Positions 49,884 to 64,000 of a stretch of DNA of 64,000 bases are shown here, one piece after another. Where the stretch lies: NCBI GenBank assembly GCA_030141605.1, contig JAQGDQ010000807.1, positions 29,485-93,484 of the forward strand, written 5' to 3'. Source of the stretch: Tubiluchus corallicola. Lineage: Eukaryota > Animalia > Priapulida. Each line of letters opens with the position of its first letter. Within the stretch, counting starts at the first letter, position 1. The position numbers and the translations under genes were made by a program. Under the pieces are notes generated by a model. The model was given only the letters and a program-made list of their open reading frames with translations. It did not search any database and had not been told where the DNA came from.

Positions 49884-52800
49884 TCAATTAAGGACATCAG
49901 CAGCCGACACTTCTCCCTCGGGTATAACCTCTGGTATATTAGCGATGTTGGCGGTGGGCGCAAGGCTGTCCAGACTCTTTGAAACGGAATAAAAATAATT
50001 TTTTAGGGTGTTGGCGCTTTCGTGTGGACGAGGGTTTTTTGCGGGTTTCACACCAAATACGTCAGGATGGGATTGAAATTGAAGCCGTACATGTTGGTCA
50101 TTACTTGCGTGAGGCAATTTCTTTCTTGGTCTTATCAGGTCTTGATCATGACGCCCATCAATATGTCTTGGTGTTTCATACGTAATGTTGTCGTTTCTTG
50201 TTTCTTGATTGTCAAACGCCTGGTTCTTGTAAGCACAAGTTGCTCCCTCTCTTTTTTGATTTCGCAATGCTTTTATTTGTAACGGTAACTGCTTGACCAG
50301 TATATCAGAAGCAACGCTAGATTTTCTGTAAAAAATTACATATAGATTTAATAACTAGTCTGGCTGGCTAGTCATTCCGCTCCTTCGACTGCGTTTAGAA
50401 TCTGCCTATTTGACTGCCTGCCGGCTTATATGTCTCCTTATCTCCCTTGCTTGCTTGGTTGCTTACCTCCTACCTGTCTTCCTACTTGCCTACCTGTATA
50501 ACTCCTAGCTACCTGTCTACTTACCTACCTATCTACCTATATACAACACTTAAAACTTTGGCCTACATAGATATGCATTCACTTGAATGCCTACTTACCG
50601 GTTGCCCGTCAGCCTATAATTATACGCAGTGTTTCGAAATTTTTTATCACAGAGAGGCAATTACACTGATGTTCATATCTGAGCACAAAAAGTCGCCAGT
50701 TTACATCAAAAGCAAATGTACGTCCAAATACTATTGCAAAAAGAAGCCAGAACCCGTTAAGGGTTATTAAAGGGAGCCAAATTATATAAACCAGCAGTAA
50801 GAACAAGTCGCGAGTGGTTTTATCATCAGCATCAGTAACACCAGAAGCAGATAGTTTTTAACTGAAGGCGACCAACTACGAAACATTTTTCATGGCGTAA
50901 CCAAAAATGAAATTATGCTATCAGGGACTCGATTTATCAACGATCATCTTAAGCATCATTCATGCATCCATTCACCCCTCCTCTGGTTAGTGGAAAAAAC
51001 TTTTACCTTAGAATGTCGTCCACTTGATCACATAGTTCTTCCCACTTATGTATGATTTCCAAAGATTTTTTCTTGTGGCCTTTCTGAGCCAGTGGTATCA
51101 CGTGACCTTTGCGTAAAAGATTCCATAATTCTGCCGCGTTCGCAAGAGGAGGCAAATGCTCTTCCAACTGGCAAGTTTTGTGCAAACGCTACCAAAAAAT
51201 TAGGTTAGGAATCAGATTTTGAAAATTCAAACTTCAAATTTAACAAGCCTTTTCAACACGCGCATTGGAAATTAAAACCGTTTTCAGAAAAAAATCACTA
51301 ATAAAAATTTGGATGAAAAATATAGAAGAATAAAAAAAAATAACAATAATAACAATAATAATGAAACAATTAATGAAACAATAGTGTACTGATGTACTTT
51401 TGTATCATTGTTGTCTGCAAATATTGGCTTGAAATAAAAAATCTGAGGACCGATTCGAGATTTTTCAATATACTCCTATTAGAATGATCACAACACTGTA
51501 CTTCCAAACAGTAATACACTTAAATTCATTTGCGCCAGTATCATGTCTGCACACAATTAGTGCATAACTAATCACGCGTTCAGACTAGAGAGTTCTCTCG
51601 CAAATTCTTGTGTAAGTTCTCTCTGAGAGTAAATTTGCAAGTGTGAACGGCTTGGCAAGTTCTCTCGCAAAATATTGCGCAAGAACTCTCAGAAACTCTC
51701 GCTGAGTTTGCAATGACTTGCAAGAGAACTTGCCAAGCCGTTCACATTTGAGTTTACTCTCAGAAAGAACTTGCACAATAACTTCAGAGGGAACTATCTA
51801 GTTTGAACGCGTCATAACAAACTATGTAGCAATGAACAAGGTACACAATTTAAATAATTTGCTAATTTACAATGCAAATAATGATTATATGACTTACAAT
51901 AATGACAACGGCAATGGCGACGACGGCGACGGCAACAACGGCTGTACCAACAATGACAACAGCAATAAAGTAAACTGTGCGACTTACTTGACTAAAAAAC
52001 AGAAGGCATTGGCAAGTTTGTCTGCGTCTTCTCTTTCTCAACAAGACTACGTATTTGTATACCAAGTGCTCTACAAAAAGAGCTAACAAAGCTAAGCCGA
52101 ACCCTACTACCAAGAGAAAGAATATTCCAGAGAAGTTTATAATTCCAAGCTTTTGGTGAGTTGCTGAAGTAGCTTTACTTAGAAGACCAAAGCCGGCAAA
52201 GTTGCTGATAGAAGATGACGTACCATACCACACTGCCCTTAGATCATCAATGTAACCAGAGTGGACATAACGTAGCATGAGCTTTGACATTGGTTCCTAG
52301 TCAAAAAAGTAGTGATTGGCGATTAATAGATCGCGATTACAGCCATGTATAAATCGATGTAATCGACGAATTGAATACTAATTCAATTAAATCGAGAGCA
52401 AAATATTGCATGTTAATTATCTGAAGTGTCTGAACGGGCGCAAAAGTTGTTTTGTCTGTTCTCATTTAGTGCATGGTGTTTCATTTCTAAAAAAAACAAA
52501 GTTGAGGGAAATACAGTGTCGAACCTCTGCCCGAACATCCATGTATTTCTTGCAGTTAACTTTGCCTATGACTCAAAAACATGCATGCATACCATTCATT
52601 ATAAGTATAAGCTGTTTTCATACCCCCAGTATTGAACCTTTTTGCAGGGCTAAAGCGTAGCCTTCCCCTCCAAAACTCTCGCCAACCGTGGTCAAGAGCC
52701 TGGTGGAATCCTGCTGAATCAAAAATTCTGCAACTGCTGTGTTAATTGCGTAAAAATCCAACTTATTTTGCCTGAAAGTAATATTAAATTAATTCAATTG

Positions 52801-55800
52801 GTCACATTTTAGTTACTATTTATTGATTTTTATTTATTTATTTATTTTGTATTCTGAGAATTCATCCAAATTTGTTGTAACATTTTTTCAGGACTAGAGT
52901 TATAGTTCTAGTTGCGTTAACGTTGTCATCTTTTAAAATACCCAGAGCCCGCCGATAAGTAGCCAGTGCTGGTCAGTCGTTCAGGCCTCAGAGCCGACCT
53001 AGCTCGTGGTCTGTACCGCCGTATAATTTAATAATAAAAAACACAGTGAATCGACAAAGCTGGAAGGCAACTAATCATATGACTCGTGTTTTACTGTTTA
53101 AATCCCGTCTTAACATAAATTATTACTTACTTACAAGCCAACTAAACTCATCATAAGTCGTCATAAGTTAAAAGGTATCACAAGTGGATACAAAAGAGTT
53201 TTAATATTTTAATGATCACTTAAATTATTACTTATTTAATCTGTTTTTCTCATTCTTATCGCATTTTATTATCAACCAAACTCGTAAGAACATTCTCTTT
53301 GAAAAACTGTTACTATTATCCGTCCATTGACCAACGACCTGTCATTAACACACATATACAGTAGAAGTGTTTTTGCTCAAACTTAAACCTTCTTTCTTTT
53401 ATTTCTTGATATTTTATCCCTCTAATTAACATTCCTAAAACTCGCAATATGCACTTTCATTATTCCTCTTACGCTAACCAGTGTAAGTTTTAGTTATTTA
53501 GTAAAGTGGTGTAGTAGTAAACAGCAAAGGAAATAAGTTTCTTTAATAAATTCCACTAAGCTTGAATAAGCGAATAAATTTTTTGTTTCTTGACAGCTAC
53601 ATAGCACTGAAGTAAGATAGTAAATATTTATTGAACCTTAGTCAAATTAGTCCAGTTCTCCTGCTAATGGACTCTTATTTAATAATTTGTATTTAACTGC
53701 ATTTGCAATATTTCATAAAGTAAGTTTCCATATTGCTGACACTTTTCTTACGAATGGTTCATTTGATATTCCTTATTGGTGTGGACAAACCCAGCTCTGT
53801 ATTATTAGAATTTGAGTTAATGTTCAACATTGAGCGTTCGTGTACTAATGCGTAGTATATTTGTATAATTTTAACTCTGCAGCTTCTGCACATTGTGGCA
53901 CCTGTATTTTTTTTGACACAAGCAACATAAATTATTTTAAAATTTCAGCCTTTTATACTTAAATTATGTGTCAGTTACCGATGTAACTTTAAAAAAATTC
54001 AGCTTTATTTATGTTTGAACCAAATGAGCTGAAATGTAAGTGAGCTTTAGCCGAGTGAGCCAATGTGAGTCAGTGGATGTTGTAGCAACAGATTCAGCTT
54101 CAGCACTTATAGAAGTCACCTTAAAGGTCAAATTTAACGTAAAAACACGTTTTTGTCTTTAATAAAAAGAGCTAACCGTAACTTAAAGTTTGATACTAAT
54201 TGCATTAAATTTTATGACTTCCTTCCTAATGAAATCGAGCTTTGATGTTGCGTTTTCCCCACAAATCATTTTGTTCGGTTTTTCGCTTGTGAAAATCGCG
54301 GGCTAAACAAATGTGCTAGCAAAGGCTTCCTTGGATACCGCGTCATTTCTGTGACGCTAAATTCCTCTTATATAAATCACCATTGAAAATTTAAAAGTAT
54401 CAGAAAGTCTTAGACCATTTTCTCTCTGTTTTTGTGTAAAACTGCAACTTCATAAATACATTGTATTTGACCTTTAATATTAGATCGTAAATACCATATT
54501 GCAAGAGGCACTTGCTAAACATGTTATAATATACCAGTAATGTATGCCGGGCATTTGCAAAGTGTTTTCTTGATCTGTATGTCTTACTTGAACTGTCAAG
54601 ATGCAACTTAGTCTCACAGAATGTTCCGAAGTCAAGTAAAATATGTACTTGACCACTGGTTATGTACTTGAAATGCAAAAAGGCTTAAAAATCCTTTTTA
54701 AAGTCAATTGCGTTTTATACTTGACATTTCAACTGATTACAACTACAAGGAAAAACCAAGCTTGCAAATAAAAAAATGCGTTCTTGCAAAAAGCAAAGCC
54801 AGTATCAAAAGTAAGAAAAAGTTTATCAAAAACTGAAAAAAACAGGCCAACTGATGATGCTACAAATCCGCAATTAATTAAATTTTGATACCAAACTTGA
54901 AATGCAAAAAATTCGAAAAAGTTAGGATACTGCATGAATTTGAATCAAGAACTTTTTGCTTACTTTAGTACGCATTAGACTATTAGCTAGGGCATAGTAT
55001 TCAGACTTCCCTAGTGGCCAAGGCAGTCCTTAGTTCATTCTACATTTAATTTGATGGGATCAGTCTAGTGTGAGCGATCTACTAAGGAAATATTGAATTT
55101 GGTCAACTAGCTAAGTGCTAAATGTAGCTTTGGTCATAGGGGAGTGCGGTGGCCTAGTGGTCTAAAAAGCATCTGAAATTGTAAGCGGAAAGTCCCTGGT
55201 TCGTATCTAAGCTTTTCCCATTTTCATATTTCAAGTTTCATATGAAAATTTAATTAATCATGGGTTTTTAACATCATTAATAATAATAATGTTGACATTA
55301 AAATTATAATAATTAAGACCTAACTAATCTTACTTGAGCATTGTAACACTTTCATCATCGTCAGAGGTTAGATACGGACGTGTGGCAGCCCACAATGCAG
55401 GATTAAGACGAAAAATAAGATCTTCGGTGGACGAACTCCCTTGAACTCCAACTCGGTATTTTAATAGCTGAAGTAAGTTTAGAAAACAAATGCGGTGATA
55501 AAAAATCTAGCCTAGTTTTTTGACAAGTCCAGCAGTTCAACACTAAAACTGCGTTCATACATTAATACGAATAAACGTCAATAATCAATATGTCCATTGA
55601 AAGAAATTAACCGAAAAAGTTGATGACTTTAAGCTAACTAGATTTATATTAGGTTTACCTAGCACAGAATTACTTACTTTATTGTCATGTATGCCATTAA
55701 TGTTGGTGAGGCTAGCCTTCCTAGAAAAAAACGCTGTGTTATTGGCTGTATAGCTGGCCAATATTATTAAGCACGTCATGCCCCAAATGTTTAGTAGCAC

Positions 55801-58800
55801 TTTATTAGGCCAAGATTTTGGAACCTATAAAGCATAAGAGTATTTTACTTGAGAAACCAGTAATGTTTAACTCCATACAATGATCGATTAGATTAAAAAT
55901 AAAATTATATGAAAGACTACAAAATTACTATCAATTTTGCGCATTTTTGAACATATTTCATCTTTAACATTTTAGAGAGATTAACTAAAATAATAACGAT
56001 TACGGGAGTGAAGCTGATGGCGGCGATGCTGCTGCTGCTGCTGCTGATGATGATGATGATGGCTGACAATAAGGATTATGATGATGATTTATTATAATGA
56101 AGTTGGTATATGAAGTGTATGATTAAATTTTACCTTAAAATTAACAGTGTGGTTACAGTAAAGTGACCAAGAACAAGTTAGAGCCGAAGCAAGCGTGAAG
56201 TTCTTCCGTCTGTTACGTCCTCGTGGGCTGAGGCCAAATGGACTGAACCACTCGAAGATGGCCATGGTCAGAGCGACGATATGTAGAGAAACAAAAATCA
56301 CAAGCCAAACCTCCCAGGTAAATGGCTGCAGAAATGCTATGTGAGGCACTTGTTCTCGTCTTAGTATGGTAAGAAATGTGGTTTTAGTGTACAAGTAAGC
56401 CGTTGTAAAGTACGCTTCTTCTGCTCTAGCTACTGTCTCGCTAAATGGACCAACGGCGATGTCTGCCATGTCGTTTATAAGATCCTCCATAAGTCCGTCC
56501 CACGTCATGTTTCTCTTTCGTCCAAATTTCCTATCGCCTACTGTATACACTTCGTATGTGAAGCCTATGTCATAGCTTAAACTTTCCAGCAAATCCATGC
56601 ACATTCCGTAGCAGCAAGAAACATTGTACAACTCTGGATCTGTCACTCCTTCGTTGAAAAGCATAAAAATCTTATCCAATATATGTTTTTCTTTTGTGAT
56701 TGTTAGTAAGCAGACGTGGCCAACATGACACATGGGAGACCCATATGTGTTGTCTCTCGATGAAAGAAATGGTTCGTTTTGATCCACAACTGCAATTCTC
56801 AGGTGGGGCAAGGTGGATAAAGCTTCAAATAGGTAAATTTTCTTGTTCTGAATATAACCGACCAAATTCCAACAACTATCCGCGCTTTCTAAGCCCTGAA
56901 TCACCGTTTTAATATCGAATCTAAACTCCATGTCTGCCAGTTCTTGTCTAGCAACTTTTAGAGCTCTGAAATAGGTTATTCAAAAAACAAAAATGCTGAA
57001 ATGAAATTATTTGTTGCTTTCACATTAAAAGTTTTAAAATTGTTAAATCGTTCAGAATTCATTGAGCTAAAGCTGTTTTATCATAGTGCAAATTAGACAG
57101 CTTTAAAGCGCTGTTTGTGCAGAAAATGCAAAGAAGTTTTTGCATAGCATGAATTTGAGCCACAGACTGCGGCCGATATTTACAGTACACAAAGCTTTCA
57201 GGCCTGCAAGGTTATCGGATGAGAAAACCATTAGAATTAACTGCAATTCTCTTCGCAGATGCACGCTTATTTTCTGTCAGTTAACTTACAATTTTTTAAA
57301 GAGACGGTTTTTATGGACGAAACGTATAGCGCTACTTGATGTAAAAAAAATCAATGTGTATTTGATTTCGAATTGTAATGCTTGTTTAAAAAATGCTAGC
57401 TACTTCTTTTCCTCTTTACTTGCCTTTGATTATACTTTACTGTACATAGGAAGTTATTTCTTGCTTACTACCTAACGTGTTTTCTTCGTATCTAGGATGT
57501 TCCTAATATAATATATTGCAGTCATATAATATATTGTCCATATAGTTATTACCTGCTAATTTTTGTTGGATCAGGCTGTTGACTGATCACTGCTTCCTGT
57601 GAACAAGAATGATTTGCGGATATGCGTTGGGGATTTGTAATGCAGCCATTTATTACACCACGGACAGAAGCTCTCAAGAATGCTGTTCTAGTGATTTCTC
57701 TTGCTGACAAAGCAAATGCATTTTTCGGCAGCTCATCGCTATCAGAATGTTTCAAATAATAATCAACAAAAATCCACTTCCAATGCCCCTCAAATAAATT
57801 TTGCTGTCTTGCCAGATTTATGACTCTATCAATCATATTGTGACTTAAATATAGCACAATGATTCGTGCATTAGTTTCATGTGAAAGATGAACTAGCGCT
57901 TTATTTATTGCAGCTTCATCTTCATAAGGCGCCGTAAAAATATCAGAAACAATCCATGGAACGTTGTCGGTTAACTCGAGGATTGTGTCTAGAAAACTAT
58001 TACTGCTCTCGCTTTGACTAATGAACAAAGAGAAATTATACCAAAGTTTCCTCTTCAAAAACAGGTGCACAGCTTTCGCGAAGTCTACAGGACTCGGCTG
58101 AAATCTAATTAGATGAGGATGGATTTCCTAGAAAGTAACGAAAAAGAATGTGGGAAAAATATTTTGAAAAGAGCACGAAATAGTCGAAAAGTTTTAGGAG
58201 CTCTTATATTAATGGCAACAATATCTCTTTTTAATTAGTGATATTACAGTACTACTTTTGAAATTTTCTTAAGGAGCGTTTGACACTTGAAGGTGCTTAC
58301 GTAACGAGTTTAATTCGAAAGTAACAAAAATTGTCAGGTAACGGGACAGATGCACTGAGCTGTACACTTTGTTGGATGAAAGCACTGATCTTGGTTCCGT
58401 TAAGTCTCATAAATAGATCTACAATTTTTTTTTACCGTGATCTCATGCTTAACAAGTTTCCTGTGCGGCGTGACAATTACTAATTTTCTATCACGTCATA
58501 CACCTATATTTTGCGCGAAATTTGTTACTAAGAAACAACAGCAATTTTCAGAAAAAACAAAACCTCTTGGCCGTATAAAAACAACTGAAAAGCACTTATT
58601 TAAAAAATGATGCTTTGCAAATGGTCGCAAATATTTTTCATTGCTGCTTTGCAAACGGTCACAAACATTTTTCACACTTACACTAAAAGATCTAGCTGGA
58701 TCCAATGTACTGTAAGCAGCTACGGGTATTTTAGCATATCCTGTAATTAGCGCGACTGGAAGCAAACTGATATTTCCATACACGATAATAGATGTATGTT

Positions 58801-59128
58801 GTGTGGAAGCTAAAAATGAATCTATAATTTTCATATTATTGATCAAGTTACTTCTTTGTAATTGTAACATGGATGACGCCACAGTCATAATCGTTTCATT
58901 ATTTTGTTCTCCGTCAACTTTGCTAGTAATATATTTTAATAAAGAATATGTGTCACTTTTGAAACCATTAGCAGCTTCTCTTTCATCGGACACAAACAAA
59001 ATATTGCACGAATAACTTTCAATTTCTTGAACGCAGCCGCATTGCACTAGAATAACTTTTAGGCAGGTCAAAATGAAGATATTAACGCAAATTCCTGTAA
59101 CGACACTTTCATTTGCAAATGGCAACAT
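49884..59128 (-). CDS. GRIN3-like: NMDA-type ionotropic glutamate receptor subunit, GluN3/NMDA3-like; coding exons 59128-58682, 58127-57553, 56965-56134, 55824-55678, 55467-55334, 52771-52624, 52296-51988, 51188-51007, 50325-49884
   Basis: Motifs CCYGMCMDLL, VGDRKFG, FLQPFTWEVW, EWFSPFGLSPRGRNR (GluN3-like), PKSW, SYTANNTAF, EGYALAL, NFSGIF and SQ|RLHK. All nine exons join in phase at GT-AG sites. Confidence 0.9.
51572..51814. mobile_element. PIF/Harbinger-type palindromic MITE
   Basis: TAA|TCACGCGTTCAGACTAG ... CTAGTTTGAACGCGTCA|TAA, with imperfect inverted arms of ~95 bp. Confidence 0.8.
54125..54473. mobile_element. Kolobok-like MITE
   Basis: TTAA|AGGTCAAAT ... ATTTGACCT|TTAA. Confidence 0.7.
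55139..55215 (+). mobile_element. tRNA-derived SINE head or tRNA pseudogene
   Basis: A box TGGCCTAGTGG and B-box-like GGTTCGTATC are present, but no intact cloverleaf. Confidence 0.55.
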
Positions 59129-59460
59129 ATTTTTTATGAACTGATATTGTAATAATCGTGATCGTGGTCACGCATTCAAATGAATAATTTCATTAGCTAT
59201 TCCCAGAGAAAACAATCACTGACGTTGTTCAGGTGAGCCCGTCTACCTGTTAATACTGTGAAGCCGTAAAGATTAGGAAGCCTCGTCAGATCGTTATGTA
59301 AAACCTGCGCAAACTTGTTTTCCTCGTAACTTTGCTCTGCATTGCACCTTGTTCGACATTGTAGTAGTTCATTATACATTGTGGTAAACTTTGGTTAAGT
59401 TTGTTTAATTTCTGGTCTTTGCTAATTCTGAAAGATAAATTGAAAGACTTAAATCGCTTA

Positions 59461-59550
59461 TGGGTTAGGGTTAGGGATAGGTTTGGGTTAGAGTTAGGGT
59501 TGGGGTTAGGGTATTTAAATTGTGTAGTGAATTGTAAACTCCTTCCTAAT
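59461..59550. repeat. Dispersed TTAGGG-containing repeat, copy 3
   Basis: (TTAGGG)n-like run followed by tatttaaattgtgt...aattgtaaactccttcc, matching the reverse complement of 14520-14570. Confidence 0.75.
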
Positions 59551-60101
59551 TTTTAATTATAATTAAAAGAGCCTCTTATTGCCAAAATTACCATATATAT
59601 GTTATACACCTGAACGCGTACAACCTGATAAGATTCCATGATGACAATAAGCATCCAGAAAATTGATCAATCTTGAATGTTTGTGCCTCATTCAAATGTT
59701 TGCATTTTGTAATTGATATTACTTCACAGACCCTGAGTTGTAATTACCTTCGATTATGTGTCACACAACCATAGTGTGCAGACGTATTTATGACCATTAT
59801 TAGAATTATACTAATAATTGTTGGAAAAGTTTGTCATGTGCATTGTATAGTTGTCATAAAACTCATAGGCCTCTCGTGAGCATTGCGTTTTTGTGATGTA
59901 GTAAACAAGACACGAACAATAATTGAAATAAAACTTGATAGTCGTAAAAATATTGTTATGTCTGTTTTCGTTATTGATTAGCCTGACAGAGTCCTTACAA
60001 TGTAAGGAGTTACATTTTTGCATGAAAATTTTGCTAGTTTTGTTGTTAAATGAAGTCATAAAATATTTATTTTCAACTTTTTAATCTTGGTAATTTCACA
60101 G

Positions 60102-63627
<3,526 letters not shown>

Positions 63628-64000
63628 AGCAATTATCTTTAAAGCAAGTGTCTATATGTTTCATTTCTGAGTTTGGTTGCAGGATACTGCTTACCTGTGT
63701 ACCGCTTGAACTATGTTAAATTGTAAATATAGTAGCCAGTGACACGATACACAAACGAAACACAAGAACGACTGCTATTCAATTCACAAATGGAACAAAC
63801 AAAAGTTTCAACGTTTTCTATAATACAGAAACAAAAATTTGAAAAAATAATGGAAATAAGCGACAACCAGCAGTGACAAAAACATGTTTATTAATAGTGG
63901 TAATAAAAGTTTATTAAATTTAGAATATTTTCCTATTGACCATACCAAATGTAGGACACTACGTTTTTATCTAATCATATGGGAACTGTGGCTCCTCATT

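Noticed and set aside
55139-55215. Functional tRNA gene
   Set aside because: The acceptor and anticodon stems do not pair, so it is treated as a SINE head.

Overview
AT-rich, intron-containing animal genomic DNA, most likely from a bilaterian invertebrate; the species cannot be assigned from sequence alone. It is not prokaryotic, and most short ORFs in the track are spurious. Six host genes were reconstructed by hand from GT-AG splice sites: a secreted Gly/His/Tyr-rich protein (+), a GPR45/GPR63-like orphan GPCR (-), eIF1A (-), an SLC22 organic cation transporter (+), a divergent GluN3 (NMDA3)-like ionotropic receptor (-), and only the 3' exons of a BRD7/BRD9 gene (+). Mobile DNA is dense. 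It includes a young Gmr1-type (PR-IN-RT-RH order) Ty3/gypsy LTR element with an internal deletion, a solo LTR, several decayed LINEs, MITEs resembling hAT, Tigger, Harbinger, Kolobok and Ginger, a dispersed TTAGGG-containing repeat, and SINE remnants. Three things stand out. First, the NMDA3-like subunit has co-occurring changes in its gate (SYTANNTAF), its pore loop and its ligand-binding site. Second, the non-autonomous Gmr1 element keeps one 977-aa ORF open across an in-frame IN/RT deletion and two compensating frameshifts. Third, the BRD7/9 gene is headless: its 5' half was not found in the 60 kb upstream. All family assignments rest on remembered motifs, not on database searches.
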